64,000 nt of DNA from Mobula birostris (lineage: Eukaryota), in NCBI RefSeq assembly GCF_030028105.1, contig NC_092374.1:61817377-61881376 (forward strand), given 5' to 3'. The position numbers and the translations under genes were made by a program. Under the pieces are notes generated by a model that saw only the letters and a list, made by a program, of their open reading frames with translations, was not told where the DNA came from and did not search any database. The number at the start of each line of letters is the position of its first letter. Positions within the stretch are counted from its first letter, which is position 1. Of this stretch, positions 62,791 through 64,000 are shown piece by piece.

Positions 62791-63059
62791 TGTATATTGG
62801 TTTATTAATGTCCTTCAGGGAAGAAGATTTGCCATCCATATTTGGTCTGAACAGTGTGTGACCAAACGTATTTGTAAGAAAAATACCCATCCTTTAAAAT
62901 TAATGTTTCCACCAAAGAGATGCAGAAGGAATAACCAATTACTCTGATTTAAAATTGGTTCACAAAATTACGTCTGGTGGACTACAGATGGAATAGCTGT
63001 TTCCAGTGGCAGGAGGGTCAATAACCATGGAATTGGGTCTCCCTGGATCTGCACAAGGC

Positions 63060-63270
63060 AATACACACAAAATGATGGGGGAACTCAGCTGGTCAGGCAG
63101 CATCTATGGAGAGAAATAAACAGTTGACTTCTCGGGCGAGACCTTTCAATGGAACTGGAAAGGGCGGAAGACAAAATAAGAAGGTGGGTGGGGGGATGGG
63201 GAGGAGTATATACTCCATGTTGTTGTGTGTTGCTTAAGATTTCCAGCATTTGCAGAATCTCTTGCGTCTA
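63060..63270. mobile_element. Penelope-derived element with inverted ends
   Basis: caatacacacaaaat... / ...tgtgtgttgcttaagatttccagcatttgcag; flanking direct repeat cacaaggc 63052-63059 / 63271-63278. Confidence 0.7.
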
Positions 63271-64000
63271 CACAAGGCTATCCAGATGGTCTCACTCCTG
63301 ACTACGTGCTCAGTGTGTAAAAGTTTTTCCTCATGTCACTTTTGTTTTCTTTAAACAATCACTTTCACTCTTTGACCCCTGATTCGGATTCCTTTGCATA
63401 TGGGAATGATCTCTTTTCAGGTTAGTTACCAAGTTCAAGAACAGCTACTTCCCTTCAACCAATTGGTTGAACCAGCCTGCACAACCCTAATCAGCACTAT
63501 CACCAATTTTACCACCTTACACTATGACGAACTTTGTTTCCTTTTTGTTCTCATTGTGTTCCATCTTGTGCAATTCTTGTATAATTCACATTTAATTTAC
63601 AGTATTTTATTTCTTCTGAATGTTGTCCCTTTAATGCTACGTGATGCTGTTCCAAGTCAGTTTATCATCGCAACTGTATTTGTGTCTATGACAATTAACT
63701 CAACTTGACTTGTCCCTTCATGATTTGTTGGATATCCTTGTAATTTCCTCTTTTCCAGTCTATCCACGTAAATAAAGTCCCTCGCCCCTGAATTTGTTCT
63801 CTTAAATTTCAACAGAACCCCTATCTAAGTCCTTCACATCTTTCCTCAAGCATGGTACCCAGAATTCGGCACAATTTGTATTGTAGCAAATCATCATGAC
63901 GTCTATGCTCTTGTACATTTAATATATAATGTTCAATATTCCGAGTGCTGTTTTTGAAACCTTTTTCTCAACCTGCTCAACACACGCAAAATGCTGGAGG

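Overview
Vertebrate nuclear DNA, most likely a cartilaginous fish (inferred from the CR1, Rex1/Babar, Penelope, V-SINE and DeuSINE repeat landscape). The window carries the conserved block RIGI(DDX58)-TOPORS-SMIM27-NDUFB6. RIG-I exons 1-3 (CARD region) are on the minus strand and the gene runs off the left edge. TOPORS has one 1042-codon coding exon (minus). SMIM27 has two exons giving 44 aa (plus), is head-to-head with TOPORS, and is missed by the ORF track. NDUFB6 has four exons giving 129 aa (minus) and is tail-to-tail with SMIM27. Almost everything else is decayed, often nested transposable elements. The most notable signal is a family of ~110-210 bp Penelope-derived mini-elements with ~10-19 bp target-site duplications (TSDs). 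One carries an intact minimal type I hammerhead ribozyme and several are fold-back hairpins. Also notable are non-coding bipartite LINE derivatives, an ISRE cluster upstream of RIG-I, and a putative ET-domain-binding motif at the TOPORS C-terminus. All homology calls are by recognition and manual translation; no database search was run.
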